Position numbers and translations under genes: made by a program. The notes under the pieces are model-generated. The model was not told the DNA's origin, ran no database searches, and saw only the letters and a program-made list of their open reading frames with translations. Of a stretch of DNA of 64,000 nucleotides, positions 1 to 13,049 are shown in pieces. This DNA comes from Octopus vulgaris (lineage: Eukaryota). Each line of letters opens with the position of its first letter. Within the stretch, counting starts at the first letter, position 1. The stretch is from contig OX597828.1 of NCBI GenBank assembly GCA_951406725.2, positions 64,604,001 to 64,668,000 of the forward strand, in the 5' to 3' direction.

Positions 1-417
1 GTTTTCGTACTTCATGTTGTTTACGTCCTGTACCCATATATGCAAATATATACACTCACACACTCACACACACACACAGACACACACACACACACACTGA
101 TGTATATCCCGCCTCTGCCTTTTTTTTTTTTTTTTCGATAAGCAAAGTCAGCCATTTCTTTCAAACTACTCCTACTACAGTTTCTCGCCACAGATCTCTT
201 GTTATCTTCCTCTAAATGTAACTCCATCTTCCATTTCAGTAACAACTTGAAGTTGTTGGACGGCTTTGCAAAGTAATGGACGGCTTTGCAAAAAGAAAAA
301 TGCGATCTAAAGACGTTCATTAATCATGTGACGCCATTACATAGACATAAGTTTATCGAGAGGATTTTATCTGGCCATTAGCAGACATCCTCTCATTCCC
401 CCATCACCCTTGCTCGC

Positions 418-418
<1 letters not shown>

Positions 419-497
<79 letters not shown>

Positions 498-577
498 ATC
501 TGCATGTTTGTCTGTCTGTCTGTCTATATACATATGTGTGTGTATATGTGTGTGTGTATGTGTGCGCGTCCGAGGGC

Positions 578-611
<34 letters not shown>

Positions 612-680
612 GCATATATTCATGCGTACAAGCATACATAGTCACACGCACGCACACACACGCGCGCGTATACACACACG
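419..680. repeat. Compound microsatellite (TATC)n/(TG)n/(TA)n/(CA)n
   Basis: Directly visible tandem repeats; they explain the low-complexity ORFs at 410-836. Confidence 0.95.
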
Positions 681-1816
681 TATCACCTCTACCGCCACGA
701 CTACCACCACCTTAACACACCGTACAAACCACAAACATATTATAACCTGATCCTCACATCTTATCGGATATTTAACCCAATCTTCCCCTTTTACAGTCTC
801 ACATTCACCAAAATTGATCTCGTTAAGTTGGGCCATAGTAAGGTGGAGGGGTAGGGAGGAGGGAGGGAAGTGCTTATGTATTTAGGGGTATGTAAATAGT
901 TAGGTGGATCGAAGGGCGGTCGGTGGGTACTCGAGCCGTTAGGATGTTTTGTTAGATAACGGGTGTGTGGGTAAATTGTTTGTCTAGTTGTTAATCTCGC
1001 AGGACGAACGACGATCCCCTTATCTACCCATTCACCTAATTGACCATCAACTGATCTACCCATCAAATTATCTCCCTGGATATATTCTAGCATACAAATC
1101 AACCAACCCTTCTGACCTAAAAAAAAATAAACAAACAAATCTGCTGATCGATCAGTTTGATAAACCAACCTTCATTATCCTAATCAGATAGAACTTGATC
1201 AGCCACCCTGAAATGGCGTACCCACTATTTGAAGGGTTGCCTAGCCACCCGTCATACAACAACCATACCAGTCACTCGTTATCCATCTCACAACATTTCC
1301 TGTCAGCTAATAAACGCAATGGAAATTGCTGAGACAAGAAAGTATTTCGTTTCGTAGCGCCAAGGGTTTGAACAAACCATAAGATAGGCATCAAGTGAGT
1401 CGACATTGGAGTCTGGTTTCATATTCGTTTGTTTAAAATTTCACGAAATATCGAATTCTTCTAATCGAGGTGCAGACATGTTTGGATAGTCAACTCGTAA
1501 TTTTGTGCTTTCGAATCGAAACACAATGCGTGGAACCTTGAGAAGATGAAGGACTTGGATAAGGTTTACCCTAGCTTTCGGTCGAGTAATGTTTTGTGAG
1601 TAAAACGTAGTGAAAGGAAACTGTGGGAAAGCTTTTCAAAAACACGATATTTGTTTTAATGTAGCTGACTTAGCTCGTCGCACTGTTAAACACCACCACC
1701 TAGTCTTTTAGTGCCTTTGTTTATGTGGAATGTTTTTATTCTTGCCGAGTTGGTCGGTCACTTCTCTGAAGAATAATGAGCGACTGACTCCAACAAAATT
1801 TTATTAACGAGTATCA

Positions 1817-1950
1817 ATGTATATATACATACATACATATGCGTATGTATATATACATATATATATATATGTGTATATATACATATATATACATGCATAT
1901 GTATATATACATATATACGTATGTATATTCATATATCGTAATACACACAC

Positions 1951-2031
<81 letters not shown>

Positions 2032-2045
2032 ATATATATTATTAT
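1817..2045. repeat. Compound (TA)n/(TG)n/(CA)n microsatellite
   Basis: Directly visible. Confidence 0.95.
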
Positions 2046-2049
2046 ACAT

Positions 2050-2417
2050 ACCGTAATATTAGTGCCAAGCAATATTTAGGCATAATCTAATCTTAGGTTA
2101 GTTAAAGTATGTTTGTGCCAGATTTCAACTGCTAAAAGGCAAATTCACTGCATTTACCGCGGAGAGAATTTTCTCTTATAGTAAAAAGATATATAAACAT
2201 CTTTGTCCAGTGACGGCGTCTGTCAGTATTCCCAGACATCCATGTTTCTAGCTCCTTAGCTTTTATCAATGGGAAATACTTAAAAGAAGCAACTCTGGAC
2301 AAACCTTATAATAGCATTTGCTTTAGTTAAAATGCAGCCAACTATATTGACCGATTTGCGCCAGTAGACCGGCAAGACGTGGAAGTTACCGTAATATTAG
2401 CAGCAAGCTAATATTTA
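2050..2417 (-). mobile_element. Short terminally redundant element with degenerate hammerhead-like motif (Penelope/retrozyme-like)
   Basis: An imperfect ~28-bp direct repeat ACCGTAATATTAG..AAGC.AATATTTA occurs at ~2050 and ~2388. The minus strand of 2240-2273 reads CCCA-TTGATAA-A-AGCT-AAGG-AGCT-A-GAAA-CA-TGG, resembling a decayed CUGAUGA/stem II/GAAA core. Confidence 0.4.
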
Positions 2418-2586
2418 ACTTGCTTCAGTCATTAGACTGCAGCCATTCTGGGGCAGCGCATTGGATCGATCCCAGTACTTAGTTTTCATTTTAATGCCTG
2501 ATACTTATTCTATCAGTCTCTTTTGGCCGAACCGCTAAGTTACGAGGACATAAACACACCAGCACTGTTTGTCAAGCGGGACAAAC

Positions 2587-2667
<81 letters not shown>

Positions 2668-2752
2668 ACGGGATTCTTTCAGTTTCCGTATACCAAATCC
2701 ACTCACACGACTTTCGTCGGCCCGAGGCGATAGTAGGAGATCCTTGCCTAAG
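2418..2752 (-). mobile_element. SINE family A, headless copy
   Basis: Matches the body and tail of the full copies at 43729 and 47400 (GCCGAACCGCTAAGTTAC, CCAAATCCACTCAC); has an internal CA/TA microsatellite. Confidence 0.85.
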
Positions 2753-3103
2753 GAATCAGTAAGATCTGTAATTCTTATTTCCTGAGATTTATTCTTGTAA
2801 CAGTTCAGCCAAACAACAGGTTTTTGTTTCTCGCTGTTTTTTCCTTGTGCAAAGTTAGTCTTTTTAATAAATTATAATATTTTACATTGAGATCTTAGTT
2901 ATTAATGATGTTTCTGTATGTGTATGCACGTATATATGCGCGCGCACACACACACATACATAACGTTATATATATATATATATATATAACGTTATATACG
3001 TGTCTAGCCTTTCTGGTGACGTCGATGTTCGCCTGGGGCTAAATGCAACAGTAACACCCCCACCACCCTGCCCTGTCCCTAGCCATATTCAGATGGCTTT
3101 AGT

Positions 3104-3137
<34 letters not shown>

Positions 3138-3280
3138 TCGTACTGACGCACTCGTTTACATCAATAAACTGCGATGCTTGTATACACAAATCTATTCAAC
3201 CTATAAAATAATTTGAGATGAATGTATATGGCCATATGTCTATATAGAGAGACATTGCAATTTTTATTCGAAATTAATTA

Positions 3281-3333
<53 letters not shown>

Positions 3334-4103
3334 CCTACACTCACACACACATACATTCATACATATTTATACACACACATATACATATGCAAATATATAC
3401 ATATATATGCATATCTATATGCATATGTGTGTGTGTGTGTATGGATATGTCCATATATATTGTATGTATGTATGTGTATATATATATATATATACATGGT
3501 GCAGGTGTGTATGTATGTTTGTGTGTGCTCACAGTGAAAGGTAAATTTAGGGTACCTAAGCGTGTAAGTTCTTTTAAGTCACCCGACATATACACCCCAT
3601 CACGCTTTAAATGGATGTACCCCTGTTAAAGTACTTATGGAGCACGTGCGCCACTCGTGTATATAAATCTACAGTATACACCCACATTAGTGTGTATAAT
3701 ATAGATCATTGAATCAACACTGTCACAAAAGGGCTAAAGTTGAAATGCGTAACGGAAAACAGAAGTATTTAAATATGAATGGAACACGCATGAGCATTCA
3801 CACACACACTCAGTCTGTGTGTGTGTGTGTGTATACATATATATACGGGCATGTGTATACGTTTGTATTATGTGTGTGTGTGTGTATGTCTCTCTCTCTC
3901 TATATATATATATATATACACACACACGTGTTCAGTCATATACGAAATATATACATATATATTACACATATATGTTTGTGTATGTATGAATATACTTATA
4001 TATACACACAAACACACACCTATGTATATACATAACAGTGTGAGTAAACGCATACACACATACATGCATACGCATGTATGTGTGTGTGCGCGCGGGTATA
4101 TAT

Positions 4104-4150
<47 letters not shown>

Positions 4151-4151
<1 letters not shown>

Positions 4152-4258
4152 AAATATTACATTATATAATTAGGGCCAAGTAAAATAAATTACTTTGCCA
4201 CATACTGAACTTAGTAAAATTTATTTTACTAAGCCCTAATTATATAATGTAATATTTT
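4151..4258. repeat. AT-rich inverted repeat (MITE-like hairpin)
   Basis: 41-bp arms at 4151-4191 and 4218-4258 with 2 mismatches and a 26-bp spacer; abuts a (TA)n tract. Confidence 0.85.
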
Positions 4259-4750
4259 GAATACGCCTTAAATGGTCCTTTTACATACTGAATACTACTT
4301 GGTGAAATTGATTAATAACTAATTAATTTTACCCTCAATTATTGATATATATAATTTATATATATGTATATACACGCATATGAGTGAAGAAGGAGTTGGA
4401 GGAGGAGAATGGAATAAGTGGAAGCGAAAAAAGTAGTAAAAGTAGAAATATCTGAATTCATGAGAAATTTAAAAAAAAGTAAAACTACAAATAATCCGTC
4501 ATAAAAGTTAAAAATATACGAATGACGAGAAAGAGAGAAGGAAAGAATGAATGAATGAATGAAGGAAGGAAGGAAGGAAGAGGAAAGAAAAACGAGTAGA
4601 TTGAACATCGGATAAGAAAAAAACTCAAAAAGGGAAACGGAGAAAGAGAGATAGCAATAATTAAAGAGAAAGGAAGAAAGAAAACGGGTGAGGAAAATGG
4701 ACGGCCATATTTGTTATTATATCACAAGGACCGACGAATGTGTGATCAAT

Positions 4751-4798
4751 TTTATTATCACTTCCGGTAGTTCTTTATTGTCACTTCCGGCAACCAAT
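4751..4798. promoter_or_regulatory. Tandem ETS/GABP-type motifs (CACTTCCGG x2) plus CCAAT, candidate promoter/enhancer
   Basis: CACTTCCGG at 4759-4767 and 4782-4790 inside a 17-bp direct repeat of period 23; CCAAT at 4794-4798. Motif evidence only. Confidence 0.3.
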
Positions 4799-5020
4799 AT
4801 ATTCTTTTGTTACTGCACCCCCCTTTTTAATACTTCTTGTCCGGATGTACCCTTTTTTCTTTTCTTTTTGTTTTCTTTTTTTATAACCGCCCATCTATGA
4901 ACTGTTTTAAGAAAACAACGATTCACTTTGTCCATTTGGTGGTGAGATGGAAGTGGTAGAGAGGCGTGAAGCACAAAAAAACAAGAACGAAAAAGAAATC
5001 TGCAGAATGGACAAACGCAG

Positions 5021-5026
5021 TGATGT

Positions 5027-5065
<39 letters not shown>

Positions 5066-5140
5066 GGAGGAGGAGGAGGAGGAGGAGAATGATAACAATA
5101 CCTGGAATATTCAAAACAAGATTAGCAGCATCAACAAACG

Positions 5141-5202
<62 letters not shown>
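5021..5202. repeat. (GAT)n, (GAG)n and (TAA)n trinucleotide tracts
   Basis: Directly visible. Confidence 0.95.
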
Positions 5203-6312
5203 TTCATTTATTGGCCACCAGGGTCGACATGTTGCGGACAATACAGTAGATGTGGACAGTGGTGATTTTACACAAAACAACGAGTATACAATTAAAACAA
5301 TAACAATAATATGAAACAAGAAGAATATAACAATGAAAGTTCTCCTATAGCGGGGTAACCACCTGAGGTTGGCTCAGGTACGCCGCCAATAATGAACCAG
5401 TCGATGCTTCTAGGGCACCGGGGTAGGGTACCCTTCTCCCTCTCAAATTCAATAGCCTACAGGCGCATTATTAAAGTAAGTCCACGAACATGGACCATTT
5501 TCGCTACATTCACACACCTTTTAGCAAATGTACTGGGGGGGGGGCAAGCACTTCTCTCTCAACCCTCATCTTCCTTTTCAAGTGAAATATGAAAAAGTTG
5601 ATGAAGGATTGGCCGAAGAGAAAACAGTCTGTCTTCAGTCCTTTCAAACTCGTCCACCATACAGCCACTTTCGCTACGGCTATCGGACAGGAAAATTGCC
5701 TGCCCTTCCTGACCAATGGAAGGCGGCAGATCGATCTTCACCATGAACTCGGGCGAGAGCCAGATCCGTCCTACATGTGATAACAGCTGTTCAGCATAAC
5801 TCCCCTAGGACACCGTACGAGGCGTGCAGAACGGTTTCATCATTTTGCGTACATCTGACAGCACTTCCGTGCCTGTAGAGTTTATCTCGAAGCGGCAGTG
5901 CCCCCCCGTCCCCGGTTGCACTTCCAAGCTAGGGATTTCTGGAAGTTATCCGTCGTCCCCGGAACAGACTGGTCAGTTCGACTTCATCGACGCCTAGCAC
6001 CTCTCGAGTGCGTCATCGCTCTTTCCCTCAACTAATTCTCTAGAGAACTCGAGAGTAGATGTTCCCCTGATCGCATTGCCTGCCTGGTAGAGGTCAGTGA
6101 GTGCCTGGCAACATTCCAGATGTCAGTCACCCTATCTCGGTCTCTTCTTGACCCGGGACTGCAGCTCAGTCAGGGCGACGAGCTGGGGGAAAGGCCAGTT
6201 TAACAAACAGGGACCACACCTGCTCACCGTTAAAGCAGAATATCTGAAGATGCCGCAGTCTCAGTGCATGTCTTCGCATCATTGGCCACAGCAAGCTCAG
6301 CGCACCGCGTAG
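5203..6312 (-). mobile_element. 5'-truncated, decayed Tx1/L1-clade LINE (ORF2 C-terminus and 3'UTR)
   Basis: Minus-strand peptides MMRRHALRLRHL..GEQVWS, ALPLRDKLYRHG..ETVLH (zinc-knuckle region) and AVAKVAVWWT..HLKRKMRVEREVL. The 3' end has AATAAA followed by (ATT)n, and (TAA)n flanks both sides. Confidence 0.7.

Positions 6313-6368
<56 letters not shown>
6313..6368. repeat. (TAA)n tract between the Tx1-like and R4/Dong-like elements
   Basis: Directly visible. Confidence 0.95.
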
Positions 6369-9300
6369 GATACACCGGGGGACGTTTAAGATGTAAGAAC
6401 GATAAAACAGAGCTCCGAAATCTATCCGCAAACATCGAAAACAAGGACGTCGTATGGAGCCAAAGATTTACTAACAAAGGATTATTCTGTATACGAGTAA
6501 GTAATACTCATTGAAATTTATTACTATTTTCGAAACGAAATGATGTATTTTGACTCGATATCATCTCCACCTCTAACACAACACATGTAAACATGCGTGA
6601 TACATTACGATCCATCAACACCAGATCATCCCCGACCCCAAACACCATGTACAAAGGAACTACGAAGAAATTAAATACCACCGATATTATTCAACCCAAG
6701 AATAACAATCGGGAGGTACGTACTTTAAACTTACAACACAAAATGTACGAAAAACTACACGTGCAAAACAATGTGACAACAGAAATGAACGGACTGGTAC
6801 CCTACGAAAATGACGACCGTCAAAATGATGGGCCGGACGTTGTTCCTCATGTCCCGCAAATAAAACCCAAAAGACATAAATGGACATGTGAGGAATACTT
6901 TTCTATCCTACACGCATACTTCACAGCAGTGCTCTACCCAAAAAATGAAAACACAACAACACATACATATAAAATATGGAAGGAAAATAACATAAATATA
7001 GACTTGGATACAGCAATGGACCCTAATAAACTAGCTAACGTACGAAGATACATTCTCAACGCAAAAAAATATCAGAAATAGAAATAGAACATCTAAAAGA
7101 AAAAATACACCAGGAAAATGTAGATAGAAGCCACACAACAATGCCCAATAATATAAACACTGAACAGTAAAACACGAAGACAAACGTAACATTCCCGACA
7201 AACACGAGGTAAACAAAAAACAACAAACCCAGACCGTAAGGATGCATAATAATACACGACAAACAGCAAACCAAAACACGGCAAACAAACATATAAATAA
7301 GAAAGAAAGCGACACAAATCTAAAACCTGGAAACAACGAAGGGGAGCCTAATGATTATGATAATATAAAAAGTAAAATAATCAAAGAACTGAAAACCACA
7401 GAGCTCAAAATGGACCACCGACCATACCTCCCAAAAATCAAAATAGACGAAACAACAACACCAATTATAAACAGCATAAACCTAGCCGTCACGGAACTAA
7501 TAGCCACTGAAACAAAAAACGATATCACTGAGCTAAATGACTTAATATACGCAGCAGCCACTGCAGCCACAAAAGAAGCTGGATATTCACTCACACCCAT
7601 CCAAACAGGAGTACCACCACCCAAACAAACTCTGTGGATAAATAACATCCAAAACAAAATGCAAAAAATGAGAAAAGATCTGTCGATTCTTAATGAAATC
7701 AGTAGACAATCAACGCTACTGAGCAACAAAAAGAAAACAAAAATACTCCGCAAATATAACATCACAGAAAAAGATTTACCTGAGATAAAAGAAAAGCTGA
7801 AGCAAGATATCCTTGCCAAAGCACAAAGGATCCGCCGGTACGAGAAACGCCAGCGCTTCTTTGAACAAAACAAAAAGTTCAACTCCAACCCCAAAAAGTT
7901 CTACCAAGAACTTGGCAAAAATAAAATAGAAATCACTGCAGCACCAACGGTAGATGAAGTGGAAGAATTCTGGAGAGAAATATGGTCGGCGAACGAACAA
8001 CCAAAAAAATAGTATTAAAACAACAAACTCAGCATCTGAGCAACTTTGGACCCCCATAACAACTGAAGAGGTCACCCAGGCACTGCAAAGACTAAGCAAT
8101 TGGAAGGCACCTGGGCATGACAAGATCCCCAACTTCTGGTTGAAATATCTAACAGGAATGCACAAAAAGCTTGCTGAAAACTTTAACAACATACTAGCAG
8201 AGCCAGAGACAATGCCTGAATGGCTCACGAAGGGGAAAACCATCATAATTCCCAAATCAAATGAGACAGCAAAACCAGAAAACTACAGGCCTATAACCTG
8301 TCTCCCTACAATGTACAAGGCATTTACTGCAGTAATATTGCAAAGATTGAACAAGCACCTGGACGAAAACAACCTGTTTCCAGAAGAGCAGAAAGGATGC
8401 TGCAAAGGCTCATATGGCTGTAAAGATCAAGTAATGATTAATAAAGCCATAACTGAAGACAGCCACAGAAAGAAGAAAGGCCTCAGTATGGCCTGGATCG
8501 ACTACAAAAGGCGTTTGATAGCATCCCCCACACATGGATCCTCGAAACACTAGCCATGAACAAAGTTGCACCAACAATTATAAAATACATAGGACACTAT
8601 ATGAATAAATGGCAGACAGTGCTACAGCTCCAAACAAAAGAGGGACTTGTGAAAACCAAAGCCATCCCCATTAGAAGAGGAATATTCCAGGGAGATACCC
8701 TCTCTCCACTCCTTTTCTGCTTGGCACTGTCACCTCTATCAGATATGCTAAACAGAACTGGATGCGGATATAAATGTTACGGCAAAACGATCAGCCACCT
8801 TTTATATATGGATGACCTAAAACTATACGCTACAAATGACAAACCGCTGGAAACACTACTAAAGACAGTTCATGGATTTACCAAAGAAATAGATATGAAA
8901 TTTGGATTAGAAAAATGCGCCAAAGTAACCATGGAAAGAGGAAAACTAGTTAAGAGTAGCAACATCACACTCGATAAAACCAATGAAATAAAAGAATTAG
9001 ACCAAAGCCAAACTTACAAATACTTAGGAATCCATGAACTAGATAAGACACAACACACACAAATTTAAGAGAAAATAAAAAAAGAATATTATAGACGAGT
9101 TAGATCAATACTGAAAACACAGCTCAATGCTAAAAACAAGATAATAGGTATCAAAACTTTAGCCGTCCCAGTTATAAGTTACAGCTACAATATCCTTAAC
9201 TGGACACTAAATGAACTGACCAAAATAGATAGGAAAACAAGAAAAATAATGACAGGATCTAGGATGCATCACCCAAAATCTGACATAGAAAGGCTATATA

Positions 9301-9700
9301 TACAACGTATAGAAGGTGCCAGAGGCCTTATACAGCTGGAAAACTACTATAAAATAACCACCATAGGACTGCAAAAATATCTACTTCAGAAGGAAGGAAA
9401 ACTGATACAAATAGCGGCAAAACACGAGCAAAACAAAAAAAACTGTTCTCAGTATTTAAGGAAGCTGACAAATACAAACAAGAAATCATACCACCTAACA
9501 AATATGAAGAAGAAGAAGAAGAAGAAGATGAAGAAACAACAAAAGCTATAAAACAAATGAAGTCCAAACCAAAATTAGAACAGCAACGAACCATGATAAA
9601 ACGATGGCAAGAAAAGCCCCTTCATGGTAAATACTGGACTAAACTAAATGCAAAAGAAATAGATAAAGAAAAATCCCAACAATGGCTAAGAAACTCAGAC
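6369..9700 (+). mobile_element. R4/Dong-like (RLE) non-LTR retrotransposon, subfamily a; apparently 5'-complete, frameshifted, 3'-truncated
   Basis: ORF pieces 6593-7081 (N-terminal RHKWTCEEY..AYF motif), 7242-8012, 7954-8553 (NWKAPGHD, YRPITCLPTMYK, WIDYK), 8556-9068 (GIFQGDTLSPLLF, LLYMDDLKL, YKYLG) and 9249-9551 (HPKSDIERLY). It begins directly after (TAA)n. Confidence 0.92.
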
Positions 9701-9870
9701 TATCACCAACAGACTTGTTAGAACGGTGTAACTATGACAATTATATTAACACAGAAACTTATTCTGTTAAAAACAGCAAGAATTGTTCGAAATGAGCTCA
9801 ATATGTACGGAAATTGGCTGTGACTCGCCATGAAGGGCATCGATTCCAAGGGCAACACATTTCTACATAC
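9701..9870 (+). mobile_element. Old R4/Dong-like 3'-end remnant
   Basis: Translates to TQKLILLKTARIVRNELNM, similar to the C-terminal IQKIVLMGTAHILRKILSM of the element at 20115-21224. Confidence 0.5.
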
Positions 9871-9886
9871 CTTTAAATAATTATGG

Positions 9887-10057
9887 CCGTTTCGAATTTT
9901 GGTACAAAGCTGGCGGTCTCAGAGGGGGGTGGGATATCGATTAAATCGACACCAGTATTTAAAAGGTACCGGATTTTATCGACCTCGAAATCAAGAAAAG
10001 CAGAATCGATCTCAGCGGAATTTAAACGCAGAACGTAAAATGCCAGAGGAAATGCCA
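9887..10057 (-). mobile_element. SINE family B, old subfamily, degenerate
   Basis: Degenerate GGCAAAGTCGACCTCGGCGGAATTTGAACTCAGAACG-type body with the alternative ..TTGTACCAAAATTCGAAAC tail. Confidence 0.65.
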
Positions 10058-10366
10058 AAACAAAAACGCAGAAGAGTCAAGGATCATCCAGTTACTCGAC
10101 AGAGTTTTACTAAGCATAAAAGAGATTTTTTTTTAAAAATTATCTTTTAGAAAAAGTTGTGAATTCTATATTAGAACGTCACTAATTTTTGGAAGAAATT
10201 TTTCCTCATGTTTGTGAGCGCTTTCGATTATCTTTTCAAACACACGCGTTACACACACGCACACCCACGCGCGTGGGTGTGTAAAGATATATATATGACT
10301 GGCCGCAGTCAAATGACTGAAATAAGTAAAAGAATAAAGAAATATATATGTATGTCGGTATGTATA

Positions 10367-10440
<74 letters not shown>

Positions 10441-10494
10441 AGAAAATATATATTAAAATAAGATAGATATATATAGAATAAAAAAAAATTTAAA

Positions 10495-10992
10495 AAAAGA
10501 GGTCGGCAATGCCTGTGCAGAGTTTTAGGTCCAATAAGGCTTGCACAACACCTCACAGACCCTCTCCACTCTATTGACCTTATCCAGAGACAAGCCGGAG
10601 CAAGATGTCTGGTGCCAATATGAGTCTCAGGCTCAGGTATGTGGGAGCGCCGTGATCTCTAGCACAAACAAAAGATCCCCAAAATGTTCAATGCCATTCC
10701 CTGCATATCTGGTTTTATATTAGAGTGACCTTCCAGAGACGTGCTTTAAAAAAAGCTGAGGGGCGCCTCACTCCCAGTGGTCTTTCAGCACGGCTGACAC
10801 CACCCCGGATTTTCTACGTACCCGTGCTAACATTTATTGGATGGCCGTTGACTATCAAGAGGTCCTCCGCCCTTTGACGGGTTTTGTTTTTCATCCCGCA
10901 GGGTGTCCAATAAACACCCACCTCACCAAGCAAGCTTGGTGAGGTTGCCGGTTTAGTCGCTGACGACCCGACCATGCAACAGGTGACCTGAC
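10495..10992 (-). mobile_element. Probable LINE 5'UTR-like fragment, family uncertain (RTE-type suspected)
   Basis: GC-richer non-coding block between (TA)n tracts, with two adjacent hairpins (GGGTGT..ACACCC at ~10901-10919 and CCTCACCAAGC-AA-GCTTGGTGAGG at 10921-10944). The family guess is from memory only. Confidence 0.35.
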
Positions 10993-11014
10993 ATATATAT
11001 ATATATATATACAA

Positions 11015-11071
<57 letters not shown>

Positions 11072-11082
11072 CAAACATACAG

Positions 11083-11129
<47 letters not shown>

Positions 11130-11167
11130 AGCATACATGTATACATATATATATATACAAACATACA

Positions 11168-11214
<47 letters not shown>

Positions 11215-11502
11215 CATATATGTATATATATATGTACATATGTATATATATATATATATATATAAATATGTATATATATGTATATATATGTATGTATATA
11301 TATGTATATATATGTATATATATATATACAAACATAAATATATGTATATATATATGTATATATATGTATATATATATATGTATATATATGTATATATATA
11401 TATGTATATATGTATATATATGTATATATATATATGTATATATATGTATATATGTATATATATGTATATATATATATGTATATATATATATGTATTTAAA
11501 TG

Positions 11503-11546
<44 letters not shown>

Positions 11547-11751
11547 CATGTATATATAGATGTATATATATATATGTATGTATATATATATGTATATATA
11601 TATGTATGTATATATACATATGTATATATATATATATGTGTATATGTATGTATATATATATGCATATATATATGTTTGTATATATGTATGCATATATGTA
11701 TGCATATATATATGTATATTTATATGTATATATAAATGTCTATGTATATGT

Positions 11752-11785
<34 letters not shown>

Positions 11786-12060
11786 GTATATGTATATATA
11801 TATGTATATGTGTATATATATATGCGTATATATATGTATACGTATATATGTATATGTATATGTATATATATATGTATATATAAATGTATACATATATGTA
11901 TATATGTATATATGTATATATGTGTATATATGTATGTATATATGTATATATGTATATATATTTATATATGTATATATGTATATATGTATATATATATATG
12001 TATGTATATGTATATATATGTATATATGTATATATATGTATATTTGTGTATATATGTATA

Positions 12061-12101
<41 letters not shown>
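10993..12101. repeat. ~1.1-kb compound (TA)n/(TATG)/(CA) microsatellite
   Basis: Directly visible alternating purine-pyrimidine array; source of many spurious Y/I/C/M ORFs. Confidence 0.97.
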
Positions 12102-12108
<7 letters not shown>

Positions 12109-12260
12109 ATACACCATGGGCAATACACCATTTTATCAATTCAATAATGAAAAATTAAATTATACCATTTAGAAAAATTACATATTATAGAAAGATTAAA
12201 TATAAGATAAAACATATAATGATGATTAAGTAATGTGCAAAATAGTAAATAAAACGTATA

Positions 12261-12309
<49 letters not shown>

Positions 12310-12320
12310 GTTATAACTAT

Positions 12321-13015
<695 letters not shown>

Positions 13016-13049
13016 GACTGGCCCAGGAGGGAATTCATTCCCTCAATCA

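Noticed and set aside
257-292. Direct repeat TGGACGGCTTTGCAAA x2 and ORF 21-320
   Set aside because: A simple 20-bp-period slippage duplication; the ORF has no recognisable domain and runs into poly-A and microsatellite.
4907-5319. Acidic poly-D/E and poly-N/I/L ORFs
   Set aside because: They arise from (GAT)n, (GAG)n and (TAA)n tracts; there is no domain or splice support.
10814-12172. Long ORFs of 200-333 aa rich in Y/I/C/M/H
   Set aside because: They are translations of TA/TG microsatellite. The same applies to similar ORFs at 410-836, 1804-2090, 3222-4183, 23771-24221, 29258-29768, 30723-31880, 43724-44313 and 48397-49971.
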